DNA from: Treponemataceae bacterium
Lineage (GTDB): Bacteria > Spirochaetota > Spirochaetia > Treponematales > Rectinemataceae
Assembly (NCBI GenBank): GCA_963677895.2
Contig: CAXXGJ010000038.1
Span: forward strand, 576,001-640,000
DNA length: 64,000 bases
Direction of reading: 5' to 3'
The notes under the pieces are model-generated. The model was not told the DNA's origin and made no database searches. It worked only from the letters and a program-made list of their open reading frames with translations. A program made the position numbers and the translations under genes. Positions 47,955 through 57,951 of the stretch are shown here, piece after piece (the stretch's first letter is position 1; every line of letters starts with the position of its first letter).

Positions 47955-48956
47955 TCACTCCTCGGGAAACATGAGGCGCGTCCGCGTCTCAAGGGCGGTT
48001 CCATCCAGGTCGGGAGCCACGGGTTCGGGCGAAGCCGTCGTGAGCATGGCCGCTGCGAGGGCATAGCGAGCCTTGTCCCTCATTCCATAGCCCCTGGCGT
48101 CAGCCCAGACCAGGGCGGCGCAGGCCGCGTCGCCTGCGCCCGAACGGTTTATCGAGACGGGCCTCAATTCCGGCGCCGGAAGACAAACGCGTCCGCGGTC
48201 CGCTATATCTGTATAATAATATATTCCCTTTTCACCAAGCGATATGAAGAGCTCGCCGGGGATTTTTCCTCTGGAAGCCATCGCCGCGCAGAGGGTTTCG
48301 GGTTCGACAGTTTCCGTCCCCGCGAGCCCCGTGACCCCAGCCAGTATGGCCGCCTCTGCCCTGTTGGGTTTCATGCAGTCGAATTCGCCCGTCAGTTCTT
48401 TGGCTTTGACGGCCTTGGCCGAGGACACGGTATCGAGGAAGAGGCGCGGCGAGCGCCTGCCTGTCGCCGCCCTCGCCGTTCTGCCGTAGCCTTGGGCGAG
48501 CCAAGCCAGGCTCGAGGCCGGAAGGTTGGCGTCGGCGACGATATAGTCCGTCGAATCGAGATAGGGTTTTCTGGACGCGAGAAACTCGGGCGTCAGCAAG
48601 TCGACGATCGCCATGTCGGCCACCGCCGCGACGAGGGATCCATCGTTATTTATGGCGCAGATATAGCGCGCGGTGGGTGCGTGAGCGCGAAGACTCGCGC
48701 TCACGACGATGCCTTTGCGCTCGCAGTCGGATTGGAGAAAGCGCGCGTCCTCATCGTCGCCGAAGGCCGTGATGAGCCATGTCGAAAGTCCCAGTCTGGC
48801 GCAGTTCTCGGCGATGTTGCGCCCCACGCCGCCTGAAGCCTTGATGATTCTGCCGGGATTGGAATCCGCGAGGATGAAGGGGGCGTCCGACTTTCCCTGA
48901 ATGTCGATATTGGTTCCGCCAATAATGACAACGCGGACCTTTTCTTGGTTTTCCAT
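47955..48956 (-). CDS. PfkB-family kinase, probable pseudouridine kinase
   Basis: GGVGRNIAEN, SGAGDA; directly upstream of psuG. Confidence 0.85.
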   Translation of the reverse strand: MENQEKVRVVIIGGTNIDIQGKSDAPFILADSNPGRIIKASGGVGRNIAENCARLGLSTWLITAFGDDEDARFLQSDCERKGIVVSASLRAHAPTARYICAINNDGSLVAAVADMAIVDLLTPEFLASRKPYLDSTDYIVADANLPASSLAWLAQGYGRTARAATGRRSPRLFLDTVSSAKAVKAKELTGEFDCMKPNRAEAAILAGVTGLAGTETVEPETLCAAMASRGKIPGELFISLGEKGIYYYTDIADRGRVCLPAPELRPVSINRSGAGDAACAALVWADARGYGMRDKARYALAAAMLTTASPEPVAPDLDGTALETRTRLMFPEE

Positions 48957-49012
48957 ACTGTTGCTGCTTCATGATACACAGAGAAGGCCTCTTTGGCAAA
49001 GCCTGCCGGCCA

Positions 49013-49041
49013 TTGAAAATGCCCCGTCCCTGCGGTAGAGT
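49013..49041 (+). promoter_or_regulatory. Sigma70-like promoter
   Basis: TTGAAA-17 nt-TAGAGT. Confidence 0.45.
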
Positions 49042-49071
49042 AGCGCAAGAGTCAGGGTCAAGGAGCTATGG

Positions 49072-49584
49072 GTGGATCAGATTTTCGAGCGTCTGGAAAA
49101 GTTGGTGAAAGCGTGGGTCAGTTCCGGAACTTCGGCGGCTTCTTCTTCATACGGCAGGGCCGGAGCGCGGCAGACCTATGGCGACCCGGATCTGGACGCC
49201 GCCATGGCCGAACTGGACGATTTCCTCGACACGAGCAAAACCGAAAGCGAAAAACGCGAAGCCGAGGAACAGCGGGCGCAGGCCGAACGCGAGCGGCGAG
49301 CCAGGGAAGACCAGAACCGACGCTACCGGACTTCCTGGGGCAACGGAGCCTCGGCCGACGCCACGAACGCCGTCATCGAGGACGCCTACAAATATCTCGG
49401 CCTCAAACCCTACAGCCCCTTCGCGGAAGTGAAGGCGGCCTACAAGAAGCTCCTCTTCAAGTACCACCCCGACAGGAACGCCTCCACGCCCGACCAGCTT
49501 AAAAATGCCACCGAGACGAGCACGAGAATCAACGCCGCTTACCAGATCATCGAAACGTACGAAGAATCCAAGAAGGCACGATGA
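49072..49584 (+). CDS. C-terminal J-domain protein
   Basis: AYKYLG...KYHPDRN...INAAYQII. Confidence 0.85.
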   Translation: MDQIFERLEKLVKAWVSSGTSAASSSYGRAGARQTYGDPDLDAAMAELDDFLDTSKTESEKREAEEQRAQAERERRAREDQNRRYRTSWGNGASADATNAVIEDAYKYLGLKPYSPFAEVKAAYKKLLFKYHPDRNASTPDQLKNATETSTRINAAYQIIETYEESKKAR

Positions 49585-52526
49585 AAGAGGTCCCTATGAA
49601 ACCCTCCCTCTATGTCCTCGATGTCTACGCCATCGTCTACCGTTCCTATTTCGCCTTTCTGTCCAGACCTTTGAGGAATTCCTCGGGCAGGAACGTGTCG
49701 GCCGTCTATGGTTTCTTCAGATTCCTTTTCTCGCTTTTTGATCAGCGAAAGCCGGATGCCTTCGCGGCCGTCTTCGATTCGAAGGGAAAAACTTTCCGGC
49801 ATGGGATGTACGATGCCTACAAGGCCACCCGCCAGAAGACGCCCGAGGACCTCATAGACCAGGTTCCCATGGTCGAGGAAATTCTCGCGGCCCTGAAGGT
49901 CCCCATGCTGAGGGCCGAGGGCTACGAAGCCGACGACGTGATAGCGACCATCGCCAAGTGGAGCCGCCGGGAAGAGCGAGACTGCTATGTCGTCTCAGGC
50001 GACAAGGATCTTCTCCAGCTTGTCGGAGGGAGCGTCAAGGCGCTTCGTCCACAGGAAGGTTTCGGTTTCAAGGAGCTGGACTCGGCGGAAGTGGAGGTCG
50101 AATGGGGCGTGGGTCCCGACAGGATACTCGACTATCTGTCGCTCACCGGAGACGCCTCGGACAATATCCCCGGCGTGCGCGGCATCGGGGATAAAACCGC
50201 CCTCAAGCTGCTCTCGCAGTTCAGGACGGTCGACGGTATCTACGCTTCCCTCGACAGCGTCAAGCCCGATTCGCTGAAGGCGAAGCTGGAGCTCGGGCGG
50301 GAGGACGCCGCCCTCTCGCGCAAGCTTATAACGCTCGCCGATGAATTGCCCCTTGGGCTTGCATCCCTGGACGAACTCCATGTGGGAAAGCTCGACAAAG
50401 CGGCCGCATCGATTATCTTCTTGAGGGAAGGAATGAAGAGCCTTGCGCAGGGGGGAGGATCCGGGCAAGCAGCCGAGGCGTCGCAAGGATTGGCGTCGCA
50501 AGGATTGGCGTCGCAAGGATTGGCGTCGCAAGGATTGGCGTCGCAAGGATTGGCGGCTCCAGTGGCGGGAGCTGCGGCCGCGGCCGCGGTCCGCGCCGAT
50601 CCAAAAAGGAAGGCGATGGTCGGAGGCCTTTTCGACGAGAATGACCTTGACGCCGCCTCCGCGCCGTCGGCGCAGCCGGTATCGTCCGCGCAACCAGCGC
50701 CGTCCGCGTCGCCCAACCTCTCGCCCGAGGATCTCAAGGGCGATGGAACATACCTGGCGGTCACGACCGAGGAGGAACTCGGCTCCCTCGTGGACGCGTG
50801 CATCGCCGCGGGAACTTTCGCCTTCGACACGGAAACGGACAGCGTCGACGCCATTGTGGCGAACATCGTCGGCTTTTCGCTTTCGAAGACTCCCAAGGAA
50901 GCTTTCTACGTTCCGCTCCAGTCGCCCGATTCGCCGACCGTCCCTCTCGATGCCGCACAACGTCAGCTAAAGCGGCTGTTCGCGTCGAAAGCGCTCATCG
51001 TCGGACACAACATAAAGTACGATTTCCATATAATGAAGAGAATCGGACTCACGATCGGCAACCGCATCTTTGACACCATGATAGCGGCCTGGATCATCGA
51101 CGCCGAATCCAATTCCTTCTCCCTCGAGAGCCTTTCGGAGCGGCTTCTCGGACTGTCGGGGCTCAGTTTCGAAGCGGTCGTCGAGAAAGGAAAAACCTTC
51201 GATTCCGTGCCCATCGCCACGGCTACGCGTTATGCGTCGGAGGACGCCGACTTCACGCTCCGCCTGCATCTTCTCCTGAGCGAAGAACTCAAGCGCGAAA
51301 AGCTCGAGGATATTTTCAGGTACATGGAAATGCCGCTCATTCCCGTGCTCGCCGAGATGGAGGAGAAGGGCATCGTCGTCAACGCCGGGGAACTGCGCAA
51401 ATACGGCGTCGAGCTGGAGGCTGAGCTCCGCGACATCGAAAAGAAGGTTTGGGAACTCGTCGGCCACGACTTCAACCTCGCCTCGACGAAACAGCTGCAG
51501 GAAGTGCTCTTCGTGGAGCGCAAGCTGCCGCCGCAGAAGCGGACGAAGACAGGGTATTCCACCGACACGATCGTCCTCGAGGAACTGGCGCCTCTCGACC
51601 CAGTTCCGCAGCTCATCCTGCGCCAGCGGCAGCTTGCCAAGCTCAAGAACACCTACGTGGACACGTTGGCCGAACTCGCCGAACGCACGCCTTCTGGCCG
51701 CGTCCACACGACTTATATACAGACGGGCGCGGCCACGGGGCGCCTCTCCAGCAAGGACCCAAACCTCCAGAACATTCCGATACGCGACGAGGAAGGCAGG
51801 CGGATACGGGCTTCGTTCACGGCCGCGCCCGGCCAGCGCCTCATTTCGGCCGACTATTCCCAGATAGAGCTCGTGGTGATGGCTCATCTTTCGGGCGACG
51901 CGAATCTCATCGCCGCCTTCAAGGAAGGCGTCGACATCCACAAGCGCACCGCCGCCTTCATCTTCGGGATCGACGAGGCAGCGGTGACGCCGGAACACCG
52001 CAGGGTCGCCAAGACCATAAATTTCGGCGTGATCTACGGCATGAGCGCCTTCAGGCTGGCCAGGGACCTGGGCATACCGAACGCCAAGGCCCAGGGGTTC
52101 ATCGACGCTTATTTCACCACCTACTCGGGCGTCGCGGGCTTCATCCAGAAGACGATAGCCGAAACCGAGGCGTCGGGATATTCCACGACGTTGTTCGGCC
52201 GAAGACGAAAAATCGACGCGATCAACTCGAGGAACAAGACGGAACGGCAGGCGGCGCAGCGCGTCGCGGTGAACACGCCCATCCAGGGGACGGCCGCCGA
52301 CATCGTAAAAAGGGCCATGCTCCTCGTCGACGCCGAGCTGCGGGAAAAAATGCCCGAAGTCACCATGCTCCTCCAGGTGCACGACGAGCTCGTGTTCGAG
52401 GCTCCCGAGGCGAGCGTCGACGCCGCATGCGTCATCATAAAGAAGGAAATGGAGGCGGCGGCCGAACTTTCCATTCCGCTGAGAGTGAGCATGGAGTCGG
52501 CCTATTCCTGGGGCGACATGCATTAA
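49581..52526 (+). CDS. polA: DNA polymerase I
   Basis: 5'-3' exonuclease (EADD, GDASDN), 3'-5' exonuclease (FDTET), polymerase motifs DYSQIEL, KTINFGVIYG, QVHDEL; alternative start 49596. Confidence 0.97.
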   Translation: MKEVPMKPSLYVLDVYAIVYRSYFAFLSRPLRNSSGRNVSAVYGFFRFLFSLFDQRKPDAFAAVFDSKGKTFRHGMYDAYKATRQKTPEDLIDQVPMVEEILAALKVPMLRAEGYEADDVIATIAKWSRREERDCYVVSGDKDLLQLVGGSVKALRPQEGFGFKELDSAEVEVEWGVGPDRILDYLSLTGDASDNIPGVRGIGDKTALKLLSQFRTVDGIYASLDSVKPDSLKAKLELGREDAALSRKLITLADELPLGLASLDELHVGKLDKAAASIIFLREGMKSLAQGGGSGQAAEASQGLASQGLASQGLASQGLASQGLAAPVAGAAAAAAVRADPKRKAMVGGLFDENDLDAASAPSAQPVSSAQPAPSASPNLSPEDLKGDGTYLAVTTEEELGSLVDACIAAGTFAFDTETDSVDAIVANIVGFSLSKTPKEAFYVPLQSPDSPTVPLDAAQRQLKRLFASKALIVGHNIKYDFHIMKRIGLTIGNRIFDTMIAAWIIDAESNSFSLESLSERLLGLSGLSFEAVVEKGKTFDSVPIATATRYASEDADFTLRLHLLLSEELKREKLEDIFRYMEMPLIPVLAEMEEKGIVVNAGELRKYGVELEAELRDIEKKVWELVGHDFNLASTKQLQEVLFVERKLPPQKRTKTGYSTDTIVLEELAPLDPVPQLILRQRQLAKLKNTYVDTLAELAERTPSGRVHTTYIQTGAATGRLSSKDPNLQNIPIRDEEGRRIRASFTAAPGQRLISADYSQIELVVMAHLSGDANLIAAFKEGVDIHKRTAAFIFGIDEAAVTPEHRRVAKTINFGVIYGMSAFRLARDLGIPNAKAQGFIDAYFTTYSGVAGFIQKTIAETEASGYSTTLFGRRRKIDAINSRNKTERQAAQRVAVNTPIQGTAADIVKRAMLLVDAELREKMPEVTMLLQVHDELVFEAPEASVDAACVIIKKEMEAAAELSIPLRVSMESAYSWGDMH
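50477..50555 (+). repeat. Perfect 15-bp tandem repeat x5 within polA
   Basis: GGCGTCGCAAGGATT x5 + GGCG, encoding (ASQGL)n. Confidence 0.95.
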
Positions 52527-53141
52527 ATGAAAAGAATAATCGGACTTACGGGCGGCTACTGCGCCGGGAAAAGCCAGGCCGCCGACATACTCGAAGCCAT
52601 GGGCTTCGCCAATGTCGACGCCGACAGGCTGGCGCACAAGGCACTCGCGCTCTGCGCGGAAAAGCTCGTCGCGACCTTCGGCCGGGGAATTCTCGCCGCC
52701 GACGGCTCGATCGACAGGAAAGCCCTGGGCGCGTTGGTCTTTTCGGACCCCGAACGCCTGCGCCTCCACGAATCCATCGTCCACCCCGTCATACTCGGGC
52801 TCATGGAGGAGGAGATCGCGGCGAACGACTGGGTCTGCGTCAACGCCCCGCTCCTCTACAGGACCGACTACGCGCGGCGCTGCGATCTCATCATCGAGGT
52901 TCGGGCGCCGCTCTGCCAGAGAATCCGACGCGGCCGCAAGCGCGATGGCCTGGGCACGCTCGACATCCTCAGGCGGATCGCCAGCCAGCGATCCATGTGG
53001 AAACTGAGGCCCACGGGCCTGCCAAGCGGAAAGCCGCTCGTCGTCTTCGTGGACAATTCCGGCAGCCGCGAGGCGCTCGAGCGCGGCATCAAGGCGGCTC
53101 TCGCCGCCTTGCCTGCCGGCGGCAACGGCGCTAAAGCGTAA
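52527..53141 (+). CDS. coaE: Dephospho-CoA kinase
   Basis: IGLTGGYCAGKS, DADRLAH, IDRKALG, IVHP. Confidence 0.92.
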   Translation: MKRIIGLTGGYCAGKSQAADILEAMGFANVDADRLAHKALALCAEKLVATFGRGILAADGSIDRKALGALVFSDPERLRLHESIVHPVILGLMEEEIAANDWVCVNAPLLYRTDYARRCDLIIEVRAPLCQRIRRGRKRDGLGTLDILRRIASQRSMWKLRPTGLPSGKPLVVFVDNSGSREALERGIKAALAALPAGGNGAKA

Positions 53142-53263
53142 AAAAAGCCTATATTCCGCCGCCGAAGCCTCCGATATTCTTGAATGGAAGAGGAAAAACC
53201 GGACATACACTTAAGCCTCGGTATGAAATCGCTGGCAAGCCGGACACCTCATGGAGTCGTTGA

Positions 53264-53998
53264 ATGGCAGAAAATTCCAAAAAATTGCTCTGGCTGGCGG
53301 CCGCCGTCAGTCTTTTCGTTCTTGTCGTGGTAGGCGCGGCCTTCCTTCTCTTCTCTCCCGGCAAATCCGTCGAGGAAGTGCCTTTCGACCTTACGGGGAA
53401 GGCGGAGCCGCGACAGGACTCTCCCCAGGATTTTCTCGCCGACGCCCCCACCGATCCTTCGACCACGAAGACCACAAGCGGCGGCGATATCATAATCGTG
53501 TACGGAAACGATCCCTCCGGCCAATCGTCAGCGCCCGTGGAGCAGGCCAAGCCCGCCACGACTACAATCTATGTGACACCCTCGCCGACACCGTCCGCGC
53601 CCTCGGCAGCGACACCCTCAGCGATCCCGGCCGCTCCCGTCGAAGCGCCCAAGGCTGTTCAGCCTAAACCCGTCCAGAAAGCGCCCTCGACCCCAGCCGT
53701 CAAGCCGACCGCCACGACTATCGCGAAAGCGCCGGCTAAGGCCGCGCCCGCCGCCCAGCCCTCAACGGGCGAATACTGGATTCAGGCAGGCAGCTTCTCG
53801 GTCAAGACCAACGCCGATTCGCTTAAGAGCGCCTTCATGGAAAAATCCCTCCCCGCCGTGATAACGGTAAAGGATATAGACGGAAAAAGCCGCTACAATG
53901 TAAGAGTAGGTCCCTACCCCACGCGCGCCGAAGCGGGCAAGTGGCTTTCTGCCGCGAAATCGGTGAAGGGAGCGGAACAAGCCTGGATCACCCAATAA
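53264..53998 (+). CDS. SPOR-domain membrane protein
   Basis: N-terminal TM, Pro/Ala linker, YWIQAGSF...VRVGPY. Confidence 0.88.
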   Translation: MAENSKKLLWLAAAVSLFVLVVVGAAFLLFSPGKSVEEVPFDLTGKAEPRQDSPQDFLADAPTDPSTTKTTSGGDIIIVYGNDPSGQSSAPVEQAKPATTTIYVTPSPTPSAPSAATPSAIPAAPVEAPKAVQPKPVQKAPSTPAVKPTATTIAKAPAKAAPAAQPSTGEYWIQAGSFSVKTNADSLKSAFMEKSLPAVITVKDIDGKSRYNVRVGPYPTRAEAGKWLSAAKSVKGAEQAWITQ

Positions 53999-54004
53999 AA
54001 TAAA

Positions 54005-54033
54005 TTGACAGCCCTCTGACCAGAGGATAGTAT
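54005..54033 (+). promoter_or_regulatory. Sigma70 promoter
   Basis: TTGACA-17 nt-TAGTAT. Confidence 0.6.
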
Positions 54034-54105
54034 GACCCTAGCGCATGCTTCGCGCCGCGGGCTTCGTGCTCCCGTCGCATATCCGTCAGGTTGGAGGAGT
54101 TGTCG

Positions 54106-55179
54106 ATGAAAAAGCTGATCCTTGGACTCATGGTTTTGGCCATGACATTTTCCCTGGTAGCCCCCATGGCCGCCCAGGCGAAAAAACCGCTTAAGATCGC
54201 CTTCGTGTATATTGGCCCTCCCGGAGATATGGGCTGGACCTATGAGCAGGATCGCGGTCGCCTGGCCGTCGAGAAGAAATTCGGCAACCAGATCGAGACC
54301 AAATACATCGAGAACGTCCCCGAAGGCCCCGATGCCGAGCGCGTCATCCGCCAGTACGCGATGGCCGGTTTCGACATGATCTTCACGACTAGCTTCGGCT
54401 ACATGGATCCGACGTTCGCCGTGGCCAAGGAATTCCCCAACGTCAAGTTCGAGCACTGCTCGGGCTACAAGACCGCTCCCAACATGGCCACCTATTTCGG
54501 CCGCATCGAGGAAGCGCGCTACCTGACCGGCATCATCGCCGGCCGCATGACCAAATCCAACGTCATCGGCTATGTCGCCGCCTTCCCCATTCCCGAGGTC
54601 GTGCGCGGCATCAACGGATTCACCCTCGGCGTCCGCTCGGTCAATCCCAAGGCCCAGGTCAAGGTCGTCTGGACCAATACCTGGTATGACCCCGTCAAGG
54701 AACGCGAGGCGGCCGTCGCCCTCCTCGATTCCGGCGCCGACATCATCGCCCAGCACCAGGACACCACGGAGCCGCAAAAAGCGGCCCAGGAACGCGGCAA
54801 GTACTCCATCGGCTACGATTCCGACATGGGCAAATTCGTGGGCGATTCCGTTCTCGCCAGCGCCGTCTGGGAGTGGAGCACCTACCTGACCGACACCATC
54901 CAGAACGCCCTTAACGGCACCTGGAAAAGCCACGAATACTGGGGCGGACTCAAGGACAAGGTCGTCAAAATTTCCGACATCAGTCCCAAGGTCCCCGCCA
55001 GCGTGAAAAAAGAAGTCGAGAACGCGCAGAAAAAGATTCTCGGCGGTTGGTCCATCTTCTCAGGCCCCCTCAAGGGTCAGGACGGGAAAGTGGTCTATCC
55101 GGCCGGACAGGTCGTGCCCGACGGCAAACAGGCTTCGATGGATTGGTTCGTCGAAGGCGTGGTCGGAAAGGTCCAGTAA
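54106..55179 (+). CDS. BMP-family ABC substrate-binding protein (purine/nucleoside)
   Basis: GPPGDMGWT, TSFGYMD, PIPEV, WYDP, AQHQD. Confidence 0.92.
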   Translation: MKKLILGLMVLAMTFSLVAPMAAQAKKPLKIAFVYIGPPGDMGWTYEQDRGRLAVEKKFGNQIETKYIENVPEGPDAERVIRQYAMAGFDMIFTTSFGYMDPTFAVAKEFPNVKFEHCSGYKTAPNMATYFGRIEEARYLTGIIAGRMTKSNVIGYVAAFPIPEVVRGINGFTLGVRSVNPKAQVKVVWTNTWYDPVKEREAAVALLDSGADIIAQHQDTTEPQKAAQERGKYSIGYDSDMGKFVGDSVLASAVWEWSTYLTDTIQNALNGTWKSHEYWGGLKDKVVKISDISPKVPASVKKEVENAQKKILGGWSIFSGPLKGQDGKVVYPAGQVVPDGKQASMDWFVEGVVGKVQ

Positions 55180-55194
55180 TCGTCGATCTGAAAA

Positions 55195-55230
55195 GAGCTG
55201 CCTGGGTCCTGGACCCGGGCGGCTTTTTTT
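55195..55230 (+). terminator. Intrinsic terminator after the SBP gene
   Basis: AGCTGCCTGGGTCC..GGACCCGGGCGGCT followed by a T run. Confidence 0.7.
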
Positions 55231-55291
55231 GTAATTTCAAGCATCTAAAATAAAAATCCCTTCAAGAATCCGGAAATCAAGGCAAGTTCAG

Positions 55292-56851
55292 ATGGAAAAA
55301 AACAGCAGGCAGGCCCTCGTCGAGATGAGAGCGGTCTCCAAGTCCTTCCCGGGTGTCCAGGCGAACGATTGCGTCGATCTGGAGCTCTTTCCGGGAGAAG
55401 TCCTGGCCCTCCTGGGCGAAAACGGGGCGGGTAAAAGCACGCTCATGAATATTCTCTGCGGGCTGTACAGGCCGGATTCGGGGGAAATCCTCGTCAAGGG
55501 CAAGCCCGTCTCGATAGGCGGTCCTAAAGATTCTCAGGATTTGGGCATCGGAATGGTCCACCAGAACTTCAAGCTCGTCGATTCGATGACGGTGCTGGAG
55601 AACATCATTCTGGGGATGCGCGACCAGCCTCTCGTCCCGGACATGAAGCGAGTGAGGAAGGACGTCGAGGCGCTCTCTGAAAAATACAACCTGCGCGTCG
55701 ATCCCGAAGCCTCGATCTGGCAGCTTTCGGTGGGCGAGCAGCAGCGCGTGGAAATCCTCAAGCTCCTCTACCGCAAGGCTGAAATCCTCATCCTCGACGA
55801 ACCCACGGCCATCCTGACGCCGCAGGAGTCGGCCGAGCTGAGCAAGGTGATCCACCTCATGCGCGCCGAGGGGAAATCGGCCGTCTTCATCACCCACAAG
55901 ATGGAGGAGGTGATGACCTTCTCCGACAGGGTCATGGTCCTGCGGCGCGGAAAGGTGGTGGCGGGCGTGACCACGGCCGGGACGAGCCCCGCCGAACTGG
56001 CCAGGCTCATGGTCGGAAGGGAAATCCTCTTTGAGCTTGAAAAGAAGCCTTTTTCTCCCGGAGATGTCATCCTGCGTCTCGAAAAAGTCTCGGCGAAGGA
56101 TGACAGGGACCTGCCTGCCTTGAGGGAAGTGAACCTGGAAATCCGCTCGGGCGAGATCGTCGGCATAGCGGGCGTCGCGGGCAACGGACAGAGGGAGCTC
56201 GCCGAAGTCATCACCGGACTGCGGCGCCTCACCGCGGGCAAGGTAAGCGTCGGGAACAAGGATGTCACCAACGCCGCGCCCATCTCGGTGATCAGGGCCG
56301 GCGTCGCCCATATTCCCCAGGACCGCTCCTCGGTAGGGGCAGTGGGCGACATGAGCGTGGCCTCGAACCTGGCCATGAAGAGCTACAGGAAGCCTCCCCT
56401 CTCGACGGGCATTTTCCTTCTGCCCGGGCGCATAGCCTCGATGGCCAGGAAACTGATCGAATCCTTCAAGATCATGACGCCGAGCCCCGAGACGCAGGTT
56501 AAATTCCTCTCCGGAGGAAACATCCAGAAGACCATCCTCGCGAGGGAGATCGGCGCGTGCAGGAATCTCCTCGTCGCCGTCTATCCTTCCCGCGGCCTCG
56601 ACATCGGGGCCACGGAATCGGTGCGAAGGCAGCTCGTGGCGCAGCGCGACCAGGGCCTGGGCGTGCTCTTCGTCTCGGAGGACATCGACGAGCTGCTTCA
56701 GGTGGCTGACACCATCGCGGTCATGTTCGAGGGAAGAATCATGGATTTGCTGCCGGCGGCCGAGGCTGAGGCGGAGACGCTGGGCCTCCTCATGGCGGGC
56801 GTCGACCCGGACTCGAAGGGAAAAGCGGCGGAACGCGAGGGGAGCCTGTGA
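55292..56851 (+). CDS. Nucleoside ABC transporter ATP-binding protein (two NBDs)
   Basis: GENGAGKST, LSVGEQQRVE, LSGGNIQK. Confidence 0.92.
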   Translation: MEKNSRQALVEMRAVSKSFPGVQANDCVDLELFPGEVLALLGENGAGKSTLMNILCGLYRPDSGEILVKGKPVSIGGPKDSQDLGIGMVHQNFKLVDSMTVLENIILGMRDQPLVPDMKRVRKDVEALSEKYNLRVDPEASIWQLSVGEQQRVEILKLLYRKAEILILDEPTAILTPQESAELSKVIHLMRAEGKSAVFITHKMEEVMTFSDRVMVLRRGKVVAGVTTAGTSPAELARLMVGREILFELEKKPFSPGDVILRLEKVSAKDDRDLPALREVNLEIRSGEIVGIAGVAGNGQRELAEVITGLRRLTAGKVSVGNKDVTNAAPISVIRAGVAHIPQDRSSVGAVGDMSVASNLAMKSYRKPPLSTGIFLLPGRIASMARKLIESFKIMTPSPETQVKFLSGGNIQKTILAREIGACRNLLVAVYPSRGLDIGATESVRRQLVAQRDQGLGVLFVSEDIDELLQVADTIAVMFEGRIMDLLPAAEAEAETLGLLMAGVDPDSKGKAAEREGSL

Positions 56852-57951
56852 TGAAAATAGTCTTCGAAAAGCGGAAATCCATATCCAAGACGGCTCTTTT
56901 CGTGGTGCCGGCGGCATCCTTCATGGTTTCGCTGATCCTGACGGGCCTCGTCCTTTTCATCTTCCGCACGAATCCATTCACGACCTTCGTCGCCATGTTC
57001 CAGGGAGCCTTCGGTTCGGCCAACGGCTTTTCGGAAACCCTCGTGAAGGCCATTCCCCTTATGCTGACCGGCCTGGGCGTCGCCCTCGCCTTCAAGCTCA
57101 AGTTCTGGAATATCGGCGCCGAAGGCCAGCTGATGCTCGGCGGCATCGCGGCGGCCTGGGTAGCCCTGTTCCAAAGCGCGGGCCTCCCTCCCTCCCTGGT
57201 CCTCCCTGCCTGCCTCATCGTCGGCTGCGTGGGAGGAGCGCTCTGGGCGAGCATTCCCGCCTTCCTCAAGACAAGACTCAATGTGGACGAGACCCTCGTC
57301 ACCCTGATGCTCAACTATGTGGCGATTCTCTTCGCCGAATACCTCTACTACGGTCCCTGGCGCGATCCCAAGGGTTACGGATTCCCCGGTTCGGCGCCCT
57401 TCCCCGAAGCGGCATGGCTGCCGAGGCTGTTCGGGCGGGCCCACATCGGCATCTACTTCGCCCTCGTCCTCGCCGTCATCCTCTGGATCGTGATCAAGCG
57501 GACGCGCTGGGGCTTCGAGCTGACGATCATAGGGGCAAGCCCCAAAGCCGCGCGGTATCAGGGCATAGCGGTGAAGCGCAACATCTTCCTCGCCGTCATC
57601 CTTTCGGGAGCCTTCTGCGGACTGGCCGGCGCCTGCGAGGTGACGGGCATCTCGCACCGGCTCCAGCAGGGGCTCAACCTGGGCTACGGCTTCACGGCCA
57701 TCATCATCGCCTGGATGTCCCAGCTGAACCCCATCGCCATTCCCTTCGTCGCCCTGCTTATGGGAGGCATCCTCGTCGGCGGCGACCAGGTCCAGCTCAT
57801 GATGGGACTGCCTTCCGCCATGGGTATGGTGATGCAGGGCCTCATCCTTTTCCCCATGCTGGCCGGCTCCCTTTTCACCGAGTACAGGATCAGGAGAATT
57901 GGGCGCGGCAAGCGGGGCCAGCAGGACGCCTGCGTCGAAGGAGAAGCGTGA
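56848..57951 (+). CDS. Nucleoside ABC permease
   Basis: WNIGAEGQ, TLMLNYVA, GYGFTAI. Confidence 0.9.
   Translation: MMKIVFEKRKSISKTALFVVPAASFMVSLILTGLVLFIFRTNPFTTFVAMFQGAFGSANGFSETLVKAIPLMLTGLGVALAFKLKFWNIGAEGQLMLGGIAAAWVALFQSAGLPPSLVLPACLIVGCVGGALWASIPAFLKTRLNVDETLVTLMLNYVAILFAEYLYYGPWRDPKGYGFPGSAPFPEAAWLPRLFGRAHIGIYFALVLAVILWIVIKRTRWGFELTIIGASPKAARYQGIAVKRNIFLAVILSGAFCGLAGACEVTGISHRLQQGLNLGYGFTAIIIAWMSQLNPIAIPFVALLMGGILVGGDQVQLMMGLPSAMGMVMQGLILFPMLAGSLFTEYRIRRIGRGKRGQQDACVEGEA

Noticed and set aside
50477..50555. Possible CRISPR array
   Set aside because: 15-bp head-to-tail units with no spacers, in frame inside polA, and no cas genes.
54034..54100. Purine riboswitch upstream of the BMP gene
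   Set aside because: The leader is short and lacks the conserved purine-aptamer junction sequences.
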